64,000 nucleotides of DNA from an uncultured Lentimicrobiaceae bacterium (GCA_964654725.1 CAZZLL010000006.1:4641-68640), one strand, 5' to 3'. Shown: positions 34,274 through 44,169, counted from the stretch's first letter. Notes: a model not told the origin generated them from the letters alone. A program made the numbers and translations.

Positions 34274-35254
34274 TTATAAATAAAACAACAACTGACTGGT
34301 TTTGATTGTTTTTGCGCATTTAAAATGTTTCTCCGGACACGTACTTTTGCCGTGGAGTCCACAAGGTTTGCAGTTTAAATCCATTTCAGTCTGAATGATA
34401 TGGGCCTTGTCTGATAATGGCCCGAAGCCAAACTCAGGCACGGTAGAACAGAATATAGCACAAACAGGGGCATTTACAGCACTGGCAAGGTGTTGCGGAG
34501 CAGAATCATTTACAAAATTCATGCGGGCATCCCTCATCAGGGCAGTGGTTTGCAACAAGCTGAGTTTTCCGGCAAGGTTCAGGATATTCTGATGCCGGCT
34601 TTTCGCTGCAATACGCTGACATAAAGCATTATCCGCTTTTGATCCGAGCAAATATATATGAAGGTCCTCTGCAGCTTCATTGGTAAAGTGAGTCCAGGAA
34701 TCCTCAGGAAACTGCTTGGTGAACCATAAAGATGCCGGAGCGATGCATATGTAAGCATGTGTTTTATACTGGGAAACAAACGCAAAATCTTTGTGGGAAG
34801 GGTATATGCTGACTTTTGCTACGTTTGTGTCGGTAAGGGTCTCAATTAATTTGTGGTTCCTTTCTGTTTCATGAAGAGAACCAATAGCATGTTTAACCCT
34901 TTTGCTAAAAAAAAGAGAAAACGGATTCTTACTGAATCCGATGGTATTTTTTGCGCGACTCAGTATAGTAAGGAATCCTGTTGAAGCAAATCGTTGTAAA
35001 TTAACCAGTAAATCATATCTTTCTTCCCTGATAATATTCAGTACATCCAGCAACTTCAGGTATTTTTTTTCTGATTTATCCCAGGTAATCACTTTATGAA
35101 GAAAAGGATGTTTGGCGAATAATCCTTCCATTCCTTGTTTAACAAGGATATCAATGTTTGCTTCTGAAAAATGCTTATGTAATTTTTCTAAAACAGATGT
35201 AGAAAGAATAACATCCCCGATGGATGCGGTTTGTATTATCAGAATTTTTTCCAA
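34274..35254 (-). CDS. Glycosyltransferase family 9 (heptosyltransferase-like)
   Basis: 326 aa. Contains KILIIQTASIGDVILSTSVLEKL and the later LIGS..D, NDSAPQHLA blocks typical of GT9. Confidence 0.8.
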   Translation of the reverse strand: MEKILIIQTASIGDVILSTSVLEKLHKHFSEANIDILVKQGMEGLFAKHPFLHKVITWDKSEKKYLKLLDVLNIIREERYDLLVNLQRFASTGFLTILSRAKNTIGFSKNPFSLFFSKRVKHAIGSLHETERNHKLIETLTDTNVAKVSIYPSHKDFAFVSQYKTHAYICIAPASLWFTKQFPEDSWTHFTNEAAEDLHIYLLGSKADNALCQRIAAKSRHQNILNLAGKLSLLQTTALMRDARMNFVNDSAPQHLASAVNAPVCAIFCSTVPEFGFGPLSDKAHIIQTEMDLNCKPCGLHGKSTCPEKHFKCAKTIKTSQLLFYL

Positions 35255-35349
35255 AGTAATTCAGGTCTTCTTATAATGTCAATAGTCTCTTCTTACTATT
35301 AAGATTCGATTCATTAGAATAAAATAGTAACACAAAGTTTAACTCAGGG

Positions 35350-36174
35350 TTATACATTTAGATTATAGTCTCTCAGGGCATTGTTGAGGGATGTTTTTTT
35401 ATCGGTTGATTGTTTCCGTTTTCCAATAATCAGGGCACAGGGGATCTGATATTTCCCGGAGGGAAACTCTTTTGGAATGCTGCCAGGTATGACTACAGAC
35501 CGTTCGGGTATTATTGCGTGGTATTCAACGGGTTTCTTCCCGGACACATCAATGATCTTAGTAGATTGCGTTATTACAACATTGGCACCAAGAACAGCTT
35601 CTTCCCCGACTTTAACTCCTTCAACGACGATACATCTGCTACCTATAAAACAATTATCTTCAATAATAACCGGGGCTGCCTGTACCGGCTCAAGCACACC
35701 TCCAATTCCAACTCCGCCACTGAGATGGACGTTTTTACCAATTTGTGCACAAGATCCAACAGTTGCCCATGTATCTATCATGGTATGATTGTCAACATAT
35801 GCCCCAATGTTTACATAGGAGGGCATCATAACTACTCCTTTAGCCAGAAAAGATCCATATCTGGCAATAGCATGCGGCACTACCCGTACACCCAGTTTAT
35901 TAAAGTTCTTTTTTAGCGGAATTTTGTCATGAAACTCAAACATTCCTGTTTCCATCTTGCTCATCTCCATCACGGGGAAGTATAGAATAACAGCCTTTTT
36001 CAGCCAGTCGTTTACTTTCCATCCTTGATTGCCGGGTTCTGCGATGCGTTGCTCTCCTTTGTCCAGCAGATCAATGACATATTTTATGTCTTCTTTTACT
36101 GCGGTAATCTTTAACATTTCCCTGTTATTCCAGGCATTTTCAACCAATTTCCTTAACTGTTCTGTTTTATTCAT
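35350..36174 (-). CDS. dapD: 2,3,4,5-tetrahydropyridine-2,6-dicarboxylate N-succinyltransferase
   Basis: I moved the start to MNKTEQLRKLVENAWNNRE (ATG at 36174). Contains LLDKGEQRIAEP and hexapeptide repeats (GAYVDN.TMIDTWATVGSCAQIGKNVHLSGGVGIGGVLEP). Confidence 0.85.
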   Translation of the reverse strand: MNKTEQLRKLVENAWNNREMLKITAVKEDIKYVIDLLDKGEQRIAEPGNQGWKVNDWLKKAVILYFPVMEMSKMETGMFEFHDKIPLKKNFNKLGVRVVPHAIARYGSFLAKGVVMMPSYVNIGAYVDNHTMIDTWATVGSCAQIGKNVHLSGGVGIGGVLEPVQAAPVIIEDNCFIGSRCIVVEGVKVGEEAVLGANVVITQSTKIIDVSGKKPVEYHAIIPERSVVIPGSIPKEFPSGKYQIPCALIIGKRKQSTDKKTSLNNALRDYNLNV

Positions 36175-36188
36175 TTGTATACAATTTG

Positions 36189-37856
36189 TCATTCCCCCAG
36201 GCACCCCCCATGTTTGCTGTTTATCGGGCACACCCAGGCTTCAGCATACCCGGCACGCACAACAAATTCCAGCTGCCTTTCTGCTTCTTCCTTGCTGCGA
36301 TAGCGTCCATAAAAATAGCGTATTATTCCATCGCTTCCTATACAACTTTTTACATTCCCCAGACGGGAAAAATAGGTATTTTCTATTTTTCCAGCACCAA
36401 CCTGAATGCTATAGGTGTATTTTATTTGAGTGCCGGGTAATGTTGAAGCCTTATAATTTATAGGTAAAGCAGGGTTTTGGGTGCTCTTTTTTACCTCTTT
36501 TGCTTTTTTTTGAGGCTTTAGGTGTTTTTTAAAATCAATTTGTAAAATATTTTTTACAATATGTTTATTTAACTGATCGGTTTCCCGGCATGAATAGGAG
36601 CAGGGATTTTCACCTCTGAAATACACAAAATATTCATCATCCACAGGTGTATTTATAGGATAACCAATGTTTTCAGGTTTTGTCCATTTTTGACCGTTGC
36701 GATAGGCAAAATAGATGTCATATCCGCCGGAATTCTGATGACCGCGGGAACTGAAGAACATCATTTTTCCGTCTTCAGAAAAACTGGGATAGTTTTCGTC
36801 AAAGCTTGTGTTTATGAGGTTACCGGCATTATTAATGGTGCTGTATTTCAAATGCTTCAGGATTTTCGCATAATAGATATCATGCTTTCCGTATCCGCCT
36901 TCCCGGTTGCTTACAAAATACATATTCCCGGAAAACATATCTGGAAAAGCATATACTTCATCGAAAGCTGAATTGATGCCTTCAGGTAGCTTCTCAGGCT
37001 TCGACCAGTTGGAACGGGATATGTGGTATGAATAATAGATGTCATAATTCCCATCCCGGTTTGAACTTAAGTAGATTTCCTTTCCGTCGGGAGAGACATA
37101 ACACAGGATATCATCAACTTTACTGTTTAATCTGGCCAAGCTTCTCGGGCGGTTCCAGTCTGATCCGGATTTGGTCCTGTAATAAATATCGCAGGCATAA
37201 TGTCCATTGTTCAATTTTCTTCTGCGTGTGAAAAACATTTTTTTGCCATCCCGGGTATACTGTACTCCTGCATCATCATACACCCGTTCATTTAAATCAT
37301 TGATTTCTTCCATTTCTACCTGAATAGGCCAACGCTCATAAACTATAGCATTTTTGCATCTTTCAATTTGGGTATTTACCTCGGTTAATTTTTCCCGGTG
37401 TTTATCAGTAAGGTGCATTCTGAACTTTTCATAGTATTGCAAGGCTTCATTGAATTTATAGTTCGATAAATATATATCAGCAAGAAAATAATAAGAATAG
37501 ACAGGGGCATTTTCCTGGGCAGTGGAATTAAAGTGATCAGCAACGGTTGTTTCAGCAGCTTTCTCGAAATAGGGAAGAGCTTTAGATTGAGGTTCGGATA
37601 ATTCGAGGTAACAAATTCCAATGTAAAAGTTAAGGTTTGAGTTGGCAGGATCTTGTTTTATCAGTTGCAGGAACATTCTCAGCGCATCCCTGTACATACC
37701 TGTCTCGTAGTATTCCCGGGCTATCCTGTAATTTTTCTTATAATCCTTGTCTTTTTTTTCATGCATATTACCTGCCAGGAGATTGCATGAATTGGCTGGT
37801 AATAACATATATATAATTAAGATGACAAGAAAGAAGGCTGCTTTCTTTTGTCTCAT
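36189..37856 (-). CDS. Paralog 1 of the TPR + PD40/TolB-like repeat + SPOR-like domain family
   Basis: 555 aa with a signal peptide. TPR block is YY..G.Y..AL..F..L...DPANSNLNFYIGICYLE. At least 4 PD40-type repeats are present (SPDGKEIYLSSNRDGNYDIYY; FSEDGKMMFFSSRGHQNSGGYDIYF). PENIGYPINTPVDDEY is present. The C-terminal YSIQVGAGKIENTYFSRLGNVKSCIGSDGIIRYFYGRYRSKEEAERQLEFVVRAGYAEAWV fits a SPOR fold pattern. Confidence 0.75.
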   Translation of the reverse strand: MRQKKAAFFLVILIIYMLLPANSCNLLAGNMHEKKDKDYKKNYRIAREYYETGMYRDALRMFLQLIKQDPANSNLNFYIGICYLELSEPQSKALPYFEKAAETTVADHFNSTAQENAPVYSYYFLADIYLSNYKFNEALQYYEKFRMHLTDKHREKLTEVNTQIERCKNAIVYERWPIQVEMEEINDLNERVYDDAGVQYTRDGKKMFFTRRRKLNNGHYACDIYYRTKSGSDWNRPRSLARLNSKVDDILCYVSPDGKEIYLSSNRDGNYDIYYSYHISRSNWSKPEKLPEGINSAFDEVYAFPDMFSGNMYFVSNREGGYGKHDIYYAKILKHLKYSTINNAGNLINTSFDENYPSFSEDGKMMFFSSRGHQNSGGYDIYFAYRNGQKWTKPENIGYPINTPVDDEYFVYFRGENPCSYSCRETDQLNKHIVKNILQIDFKKHLKPQKKAKEVKKSTQNPALPINYKASTLPGTQIKYTYSIQVGAGKIENTYFSRLGNVKSCIGSDGIIRYFYGRYRSKEEAERQLEFVVRAGYAEAWVCPINSKHGGCLGE

Positions 37857-37973
37857 GGCTTGCTTTTCCGGATTTATTGCAAGTTATGAAGGATGCATGC
37901 CCGGTATCATGCTGCTATGGTTGATTTTACAAACAGTCATCTGTTAATAATCACAGGGGCTTGGAATTTTTAG

Positions 37974-37981
37974 TAATTTTG
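37974..37981 (+). promoter_or_regulatory. Bacteroidota -7 promoter motif (TAATTTTG) upstream of ruvX
   Basis: TAATTTTG lies 22 nt upstream of the ATG at 38003. Confidence 0.35.
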
Positions 37982-38002
37982 CAATAATATATACAGCAAG
38001 AT

Positions 38003-38425
38003 ATGGGCAGGATAATGGCCATTGATTATGGACAGAAAAGGGTAGGGATAGCCATCACCGATGAACTTCAGCTTATTGCAAATGCATTGGGGACTGTGCA
38101 TTCTAAAGATGTATTTGCCTTTCTGCAAAAGTATATTTCAGCGGAAAAGGTTGATGTTATTGTTGTTGGTGAACCAAAACGCCTGAACAATACCGCATCA
38201 GATGCTGTTAAGTATATTGAACCTTTTGTTAAGAAATTGATTAAAACCTTTCCTGAAATACAGATTGAACGCATGGACGAGCGATTTACTTCAAAGATGG
38301 CCTTTCAAACTATGTTGGATGCAGGTTTGAAAAAGAAAGACAGACAGGACAAAGCAAGAATAGATGCCATTAGTGCAACTATAATATTGCAGTCATATAT
38401 GGATTACAGATCACATAAGCTATAA
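38003..38425 (+). CDS. ruvX: Holliday-junction resolvase-like nuclease YqgF/RuvX
   Basis: 140 aa. Contains RIMAIDYGQKRVGIAITD, VVGEP and DERFTS..A. Confidence 0.88.
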   Translation: MGRIMAIDYGQKRVGIAITDELQLIANALGTVHSKDVFAFLQKYISAEKVDVIVVGEPKRLNNTASDAVKYIEPFVKKLIKTFPEIQIERMDERFTSKMAFQTMLDAGLKKKDRQDKARIDAISATIILQSYMDYRSHKL

Positions 38426-38430
38426 ATTAC

Positions 38431-39015
38431 ATGTTACCAATTACCGCATACGGACACCCGACACTCAGAAAGAAAACAGAGAAGATCACCAGGGATTATG
38501 AAGGCCTGAATGATTTGATCGATAAAATGTTTGGAAGCATGTATGAGTCGAGGGGTGTAGGATTGGCTGCCCCACAGGTGAATAAATCCATCCGATTATT
38601 CATTGTTGATGCAACACCCTATGCATCTGAGGAACCTTCCCTGAAGGATTTCAAAGAAGTGTTTATTAATCCGCAGATTATTGACGAAAGTGGGAAAGAA
38701 TGGGCCTTTAATGAAGGGTGCCTCAGTATTCCTGATATCAGGGAAGATGTTGAACGGAAGCCGGAAATCAGAATACAATATTATGACCGGGATTTTAACT
38801 TTCAGGACAAGACTTTTAGCGGAATTGCAGCCCGGATCATACAACATGAATATGATCATCTTGAGGGAATTCTCTTTACAGACAGGGTAAGTCCTTTGAG
38901 GAAAATGCTGCTGAAACGCAAGCTAATGGATATTTCAAAAGGAAATATTCAGGTGGATTATAAAATGCTCTTTCCGCCCATAAAGAAAAATAAAACAAAA
39001 CGCATACATATGTAG
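38431..39015 (+). CDS. def: Peptide deformylase
   Basis: 194 aa. Contains GVGLAAPQV, EGCLSIP and HEYDHLEG. Confidence 0.92.
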   Translation: MLPITAYGHPTLRKKTEKITRDYEGLNDLIDKMFGSMYESRGVGLAAPQVNKSIRLFIVDATPYASEEPSLKDFKEVFINPQIIDESGKEWAFNEGCLSIPDIREDVERKPEIRIQYYDRDFNFQDKTFSGIAARIIQHEYDHLEGILFTDRVSPLRKMLLKRKLMDISKGNIQVDYKMLFPPIKKNKTKRIHM

Positions 39016-39066
39016 TATTTTAGTTGTATATTTGTTTTTTACAATTACTAAGAAATCTATTGCCCC

Positions 39067-39609
39067 ATGAAAAGAATACACCTTACATGTATGATTTTGA
39101 TTGTATTATCAATGGCATGTTCTTCACCCCGCGAGAAAGCAGAGTCTGCTATCAACGAACTCAACGAAGAACTATACAGTGATACCATTAATATCCTAAA
39201 TACAGAGAAGGCCAGGGAATTGATGGAAGCATATATTGATTATGTCGATAAGTTTCCGGAGTCGGAAAAATCCCCGGATTATTTATTCAAATCCGGAGAA
39301 CTTGCTATGAATGCATTTAATGGCATATTGGCGGTGAAAATATTTGAACGTATTTTAAATGATTATCCTGACTATGAAAAAGCCCCTGAAAGTTTGTTTT
39401 TGATGGGATTTACCTTTGAGGAGAGGGTAGAAAACCTGGATAAAGCCCGTGAAGTTTATCAGCAGTTTATTGATACCTATCCCGACCATGAATTTACCGA
39501 CGATGCCAGGTTATCAATTGAAAACCTGGGTGTTTCTCCGGAAGAACTCATAAAGCAGTTTGAAGTAAAAAATAAAGAAGAAGCAACCCCTGACAGCATC
39601 GCATCATAA
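39067..39609 (+). CDS. TPR-like lipoprotein (YbgF/BamD-like repeat)
   Basis: 180 aa. Lipobox is LSMAC. Contains PDYLFKSGE....A...FE.IL.DYPDYEKAPESLFLMG and YQQFIDTYPDHEFTDDA. Confidence 0.7.
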   Translation: MKRIHLTCMILIVLSMACSSPREKAESAINELNEELYSDTINILNTEKARELMEAYIDYVDKFPESEKSPDYLFKSGELAMNAFNGILAVKIFERILNDYPDYEKAPESLFLMGFTFEERVENLDKAREVYQQFIDTYPDHEFTDDARLSIENLGVSPEELIKQFEVKNKEEATPDSIAS

Positions 39610-40392
39610 GTTGCGTTCCAGGTTCTTTTTTAGGCCAACAGCATCAATATTTCCACGAATTTTTCCTTCAAAAGAATAAGCTATACTGCCTCTTTCTTCG
39701 GAAACCACAATGGCTAAAGCATCGCTGCTTTCTGTTATGCCCACTGCTGCCCTGTGTCTTAGTCCGTAATGTGATGGTAAACGTGTGTTTGTTGATAGAG
39801 GAAGGATGCATCGTGCTGAATAAATCTGGTTATTCTGAATAATGACTGCACCATCATGTAAGGGGCTATTCTTAAAGAAAATAGACTTTAACAATTGTTC
39901 TGAAATCCTGGCATTGATGATTTCTCCCGTTTCAGCTATTTGTCGAAGTTCATTATTTCTAGTTATTACGATAAGGGCACCCATTGATTCTTCAGCCAGG
40001 TTTTTACAGGCATTCACGACAGGGTCGATATTAAATGTTTCTGAATTCTCTAAATTTAATTTCCAGAATAAAAACCGTTTAGGTGTTTTATTAATAAATC
40101 CGGGCGTCCCAAGCATCAGGAGAAATTTGCGTATTTCGGGTTGAAAAACTACAATCAGGGCTATCACCCCTACGCTGATAAACTGCCCCAATATCTCACT
40201 GAGTAAGTCCATCTGTAATAATTTTACGACCTGCCAGATCAGGTATACCGAGATGATGCCAATGAAGATATTGATAGCTACGGTGCCTTTCACAAAATTG
40301 TATAGCCCATAAAGGAGCAAAGCCACCAGCAAAATATCCAACAGATCAAGCAGCCGAAACTGAATAAACAATATGGTGATTTCAGGGGTCAT
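39604..40392 (-). CDS. cdaA: Diadenylate cyclase (c-di-AMP synthase), membrane-anchored CdaA type
   Basis: 262 aa with 3 N-terminal TM helices. DAC domain motifs are GALIVI, LHDGAVII, HYGLRHRAAVGITE.SDA..IVVSEE.G.I. Confidence 0.88.
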   Translation of the reverse strand: MTPEITILFIQFRLLDLLDILLVALLLYGLYNFVKGTVAINIFIGIISVYLIWQVVKLLQMDLLSEILGQFISVGVIALIVVFQPEIRKFLLMLGTPGFINKTPKRFLFWKLNLENSETFNIDPVVNACKNLAEESMGALIVITRNNELRQIAETGEIINARISEQLLKSIFFKNSPLHDGAVIIQNNQIYSARCILPLSTNTRLPSHYGLRHRAAVGITESSDALAIVVSEERGSIAYSFEGKIRGNIDAVGLKKNLERNL

Positions 40393-40426
40393 GCATAGAA
40401 TTTATGAACAAAAATACAATATATCC

Positions 40427-41308
40427 TTATTTATCAGTTTTCATTTCTATATACTTACCAACAAGACTCACAGCTTGTTTGGCTTCTTTAACATCGTGTA
40501 CCCTTAGAATATCTGCTCCGTTCAAAAGTGCGATGGTATGAAGAACAGTGCTTCCGTTCAAAGCTTCAGATGGTTTTATGTTAAGCACCCTGTTGATCAT
40601 AGACTTTCTGGAAACGCCAACAAGAATTGGTTGTTCCAGAAAGGCGAATTCCTTCAAACGTGCCAGCAGTTCATAATTCTGATCCGTTTCTTTTCCAAAA
40701 CCAAAACCGGGGTCAATAACAATATCTTTAATGCCGGTTTTTATCATAGTATTTATTTGTTTTGAAAAGAACTGAAGAATATCCTGGCATACATCCTGAT
40801 AGCTTATGTTGTTTTGCATTGTATCAGGTTTTCCTCTGGTATGCATCCCAATATATGGCACTTGCAGTCTTGCTGCCGTTTCCAGCATCGTATGGTCAAA
40901 TGTTCCGCATGAAATATCATTGATAATATCTGCTCCTGCTGCAATAGCCTTTTCTGCTACGCTGGCCTTGTAAGTATCTACTGACAAAATAAGATCGGGA
41001 AAACGCTTCCTTATGCTCTTAATGACCGGTATTATCCTGGATTCTTCCTTGTGTGGTGTGACTTCAGAAGCCCCGGGCCGGGTGCTCATGCCGCCTATAT
41101 CAATGATATCTGCCCCTTCGGCAACCATCTTATCACACTGTTGCAGACAGAAATCCTTTGCCATGTATTTCCCTCCGTCATAAAATGAATCCGGAGTGAT
41201 ATTCAGGACGCCCATCACGCGTGCACGATCAAATGTTAATATCTTCCCGCGGCATAACAGGCTCCTCTTTTTTGAAAAAAATGTATCTTTAGCTTCTTGA
41301 AATTGCAT
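40427..41308 (-). CDS. folP: Dihydropteroate synthase
   Basis: 293 aa. Contains VMGVLNITPDSFYDGG, DIGG.STRPG, DT.KA.VA, INDIS and DPG.GFGK. Confidence 0.9.
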   Translation of the reverse strand: MQFQEAKDTFFSKKRSLLCRGKILTFDRARVMGVLNITPDSFYDGGKYMAKDFCLQQCDKMVAEGADIIDIGGMSTRPGASEVTPHKEESRIIPVIKSIRKRFPDLILSVDTYKASVAEKAIAAGADIINDISCGTFDHTMLETAARLQVPYIGMHTRGKPDTMQNNISYQDVCQDILQFFSKQINTMIKTGIKDIVIDPGFGFGKETDQNYELLARLKEFAFLEQPILVGVSRKSMINRVLNIKPSEALNGSTVLHTIALLNGADILRVHDVKEAKQAVSLVGKYIEMKTDK

Positions 41309-41344
41309 TGAAAAAAAAGATTATTTTGCTAAAATAAGGAATTG

Positions 41345-41914
41345 ATGGACAAGACTTCCAAACAATATGATATTATTATCGGGCAGTGCAGAAAGATATT
41401 TCTGGATAAGATGAAGGATTATGGCAGTGCCTGGAGGATATTACGCACCTCTTCCCTGACAGATCAGATCTATATCAAAGCGCAGCGAATCAGAAGCATA
41501 GAATCTAAGGGAAACAGCAAAGTTAATGAAGGTATAACACCGGAGTTTATGGGAATTGTTAATTATTCTGTAATGGCTTTGATCCAGATGGATTTGGGCC
41601 CCGGTGAAGAGGTGGATATGCCTGAGGAAAATGCAATAAATCTTTATTTAACATATGCCGAAAAGTCAAAGAGCCTTATGATGGATAAAAATTATGATTA
41701 TGATGAGGCCTGGCGGAATATGCGTATCAGTTCACTGACAGATATTATCCTTATGAAATTGATGCGCATTAAACAAATTGAAGACAATGAAGGAAAAACT
41801 TTTGTTTCTGAGGGAATTGATGCAAATTTTTTTGACATTGTTAATTATTCGGTCTTTGCCCTGATAAAATTAGTTGAACGAGCTGATAAAAACTTTAAAA
41901 ACTTATCTGAATAA
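41345..41914 (+). CDS. DUF1599-domain protein (two tandem copies)
   Basis: About 189 aa. An internal duplication is visible: K..DYGSAWRILR.SSLTDQIYIKA.RI appears again as DKNYDYDEAWRNMRISSLTDIILMKLMRI. The track begins at TTG 41342; I prefer ATG 41345. Confidence 0.72.
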   Translation: MDKTSKQYDIIIGQCRKIFLDKMKDYGSAWRILRTSSLTDQIYIKAQRIRSIESKGNSKVNEGITPEFMGIVNYSVMALIQMDLGPGEEVDMPEENAINLYLTYAEKSKSLMMDKNYDYDEAWRNMRISSLTDIILMKLMRIKQIEDNEGKTFVSEGIDANFFDIVNYSVFALIKLVERADKNFKNLSE

Positions 41915-43050
41915 TGAAGAAGCTGGCTATTTTTTCACGCATTTTTGTTGGACTGGTATTTATATTCTCAGGATTTGTTAAAGGGATAGATCCTATGGGA
42001 ACAGCTTATAAGCTGGAAGATTATTTTGTTGCTTACCAGATGACCTGGCTTATGGATGCTGCACTGATACTTTCAATATTGTTGTGTGTGTTTGAATTTG
42101 CCCTGGGTGTTTTATTGGTGCTCAATGTGAAGATTAAGCTGACTTCCTGGCTGGTATTCATAACCATGATATTTTTTACCATTCTCACCTTTTATGATGC
42201 CCTGGAGAATCCTGTTCCTGACTGTGGCTGCTTTGGGGAGGCTATCATACTTACAAACTGGGAAACCTTTTATAAAAACCTGGTGTTAATGTTCTTTACC
42301 ATTGTATTATTCATGTATAGAAAAAGCTTTGTGAATATTTACACCCTTGCCGGGGAATGGATTATTATTGTTTTTGTTTCCGGGTTATTTGCAGGATTTT
42401 CCTATTACAATTACAGCCATCTTCCGCTTATTGATTTTCGGTCATGGAAAGTAGGAAACCGCCTGGTTCCTGAAAATCCTAAACCCCTGGAGTTTTACAT
42501 TACATACAGAAATAAGGAAACCGGAGAAAAGAAAGAATATCTTTCTCAGAACATTCCATGGAAGGATTCCCTTTGGGTGGCTAAGTGGGAGTATGTTTCA
42601 ACACGTGAACATGATCCGAATGAAATCAAAGCTACTGCTGTTGCCTTTACTGATTTGAATGGGAACAATGTAACGGATGTCTTTATTCGTAATCCGGAGT
42701 ATCAGTTTCTTTTAATGGCTTATGACCTTGAAAAAGCTGGCGATAAGAAGATGCAGGAGATATTGGAACTATACAATAAGGCTGAAGATGCTTCCATTTC
42801 ATTTGCCTGCATTACCAGCAGTTCGCAGGAGCTGATCCGCGATTACCTTGAAAAATATGAACTTCCATACGAATTTTATTTTGCTGATGATACATCCTTA
42901 GAGATGATTATCCGGTCGAATCCCGGACTGGTATTATTAAAAAATTCTGTAATTATAGGTAAATGGCATTATAATGATTTCCCTGCATATGATGATATTA
43001 ATTTCCGTGAATTGGAAGAAAAATATCTACAACCTGAAAGCAGTGAATAA
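41914..43050 (+). CDS. DoxX/MauE-like membrane domain fused to a thioredoxin-fold-like C-terminal domain (BT_3928-type)
   Basis: 378 aa. N-terminus is IFSRIFVGLVFIFSGFVKGIDPMG with 4-5 TM helices and a CGCFG motif. A soluble C-terminal domain of about 200 aa follows. The ATG overlaps the preceding stop (TAATG). Confidence 0.68.
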   Translation: MKKLAIFSRIFVGLVFIFSGFVKGIDPMGTAYKLEDYFVAYQMTWLMDAALILSILLCVFEFALGVLLVLNVKIKLTSWLVFITMIFFTILTFYDALENPVPDCGCFGEAIILTNWETFYKNLVLMFFTIVLFMYRKSFVNIYTLAGEWIIIVFVSGLFAGFSYYNYSHLPLIDFRSWKVGNRLVPENPKPLEFYITYRNKETGEKKEYLSQNIPWKDSLWVAKWEYVSTREHDPNEIKATAVAFTDLNGNNVTDVFIRNPEYQFLLMAYDLEKAGDKKMQEILELYNKAEDASISFACITSSSQELIRDYLEKYELPYEFYFADDTSLEMIIRSNPGLVLLKNSVIIGKWHYNDFPAYDDINFRELEEKYLQPESSE

Positions 43051-43077
43051 CAATGTAAATGCTTTATTACACGTGCA

Positions 43078-44169
43078 ATGTTAAAATATATAATCAGGCG
43101 CTTGTTTTATGGATTATTCGTCTTTCTTGGTGTTATTAGCCTGATTTTCTTTTTGTTTCATGTGGTATTATTTCTCAGGGGTGATCCGGCACGAATGATG
43201 CTGGGCCAGCGTGCAGATATTGCTTCGGTGGAAGCCATAAACAAAGACCATGGAAGAGACAAGCCGCTGGGATTGCAATACCTGAATTACCTGAATGATT
43301 TGTCTCCAGTTTCTTTTCATACTAATAAAGACAGCACGAATTACTGGTATCTTGATGATGCAAAATACAGCAATACGATTACATTATTTAAAACAAGCCA
43401 TTCAAGCCGGTTGGTTTTGAAAGCACCTTACCTGCGCAGGTCTTATCAGTCAAAAAGAAAGGTCAATGAGATTATTGCAGAAGCATTTCCAAAAACAGCT
43501 CTACTGGCCATTACAGCTATGGGCTTTGCCATTGTTGCCGGGTTGATTGCCGGGATATTCAGTGCCCTGAAGAAGAATAGTTTTTTTGACCGGCTTGCTA
43601 TGGTTATAGCCGTTTTAGGCATGTCTCTGCCTTCTTTTTTTGCTGCCATTCTCATTGCCTGGATCTTTGCATATTTGCTCGTTGACTGTACTGATTTGAA
43701 CATGGTGGGTAGTTTATATGAGGTGGATGATTTTGGGCGGGGGGAGTATATGCAGATTAAAAACCTGATCCTGCCTGCCCTGACATTGGGAATAAGACCA
43801 CTGGCAGTAATTACTGAATTAAGCAGAAACTCCCTTTTGGAAGTTTTATCGCAGGATTACATTAGAACAGCCAGGGCCAAAGGCCTTAGTGAATTCAAGG
43901 TAATCAGCAGGCATGCTTTAAGAAATGCCTTGAATCCGGTTATTACCGCAGTTTCAGGTTGGCTGGCTTCGCTCCTTGCTGGTGCTGTATTTGTAGAATA
44001 TGTATTCGACTGGAAAGGGCTGGGTGTGGTTATCGTGGATGCCCTTCAAAAGTATGATTTTCCTGTGGTGATGGGATGTGTGCTTTTTATTTCCGCTTTA
44101 CTTGTATTTATTAATATTTTTGTTGATATAATATATGCCAGCCTGGATCCCAGAATCAGGCTGAAGTAG
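43078..44169 (+). CDS. ABC transporter permease (DppB/OppB-like, binding-protein-dependent family)
   Basis: 363 aa. Starts with the typical MLKYIIRRLFYGLFVFLGVISLIFFLF. The EAA-loop region DYIRTARAKGLSE..V...HALRNAL.P is present. Confidence 0.85.
   Translation: MLKYIIRRLFYGLFVFLGVISLIFFLFHVVLFLRGDPARMMLGQRADIASVEAINKDHGRDKPLGLQYLNYLNDLSPVSFHTNKDSTNYWYLDDAKYSNTITLFKTSHSSRLVLKAPYLRRSYQSKRKVNEIIAEAFPKTALLAITAMGFAIVAGLIAGIFSALKKNSFFDRLAMVIAVLGMSLPSFFAAILIAWIFAYLLVDCTDLNMVGSLYEVDDFGRGEYMQIKNLILPALTLGIRPLAVITELSRNSLLEVLSQDYIRTARAKGLSEFKVISRHALRNALNPVITAVSGWLASLLAGAVFVEYVFDWKGLGVVIVDALQKYDFPVVMGCVLFISALLVFINIFVDIIYASLDPRIRLK

Noticed and set aside
36029-36463. Plus-strand ORFs (36029-36463, 36186-36440) spanning the junction between dapD and paralog 1
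   Set aside because: They lie antisense to two well-supported minus-strand genes, and their translations have no features.
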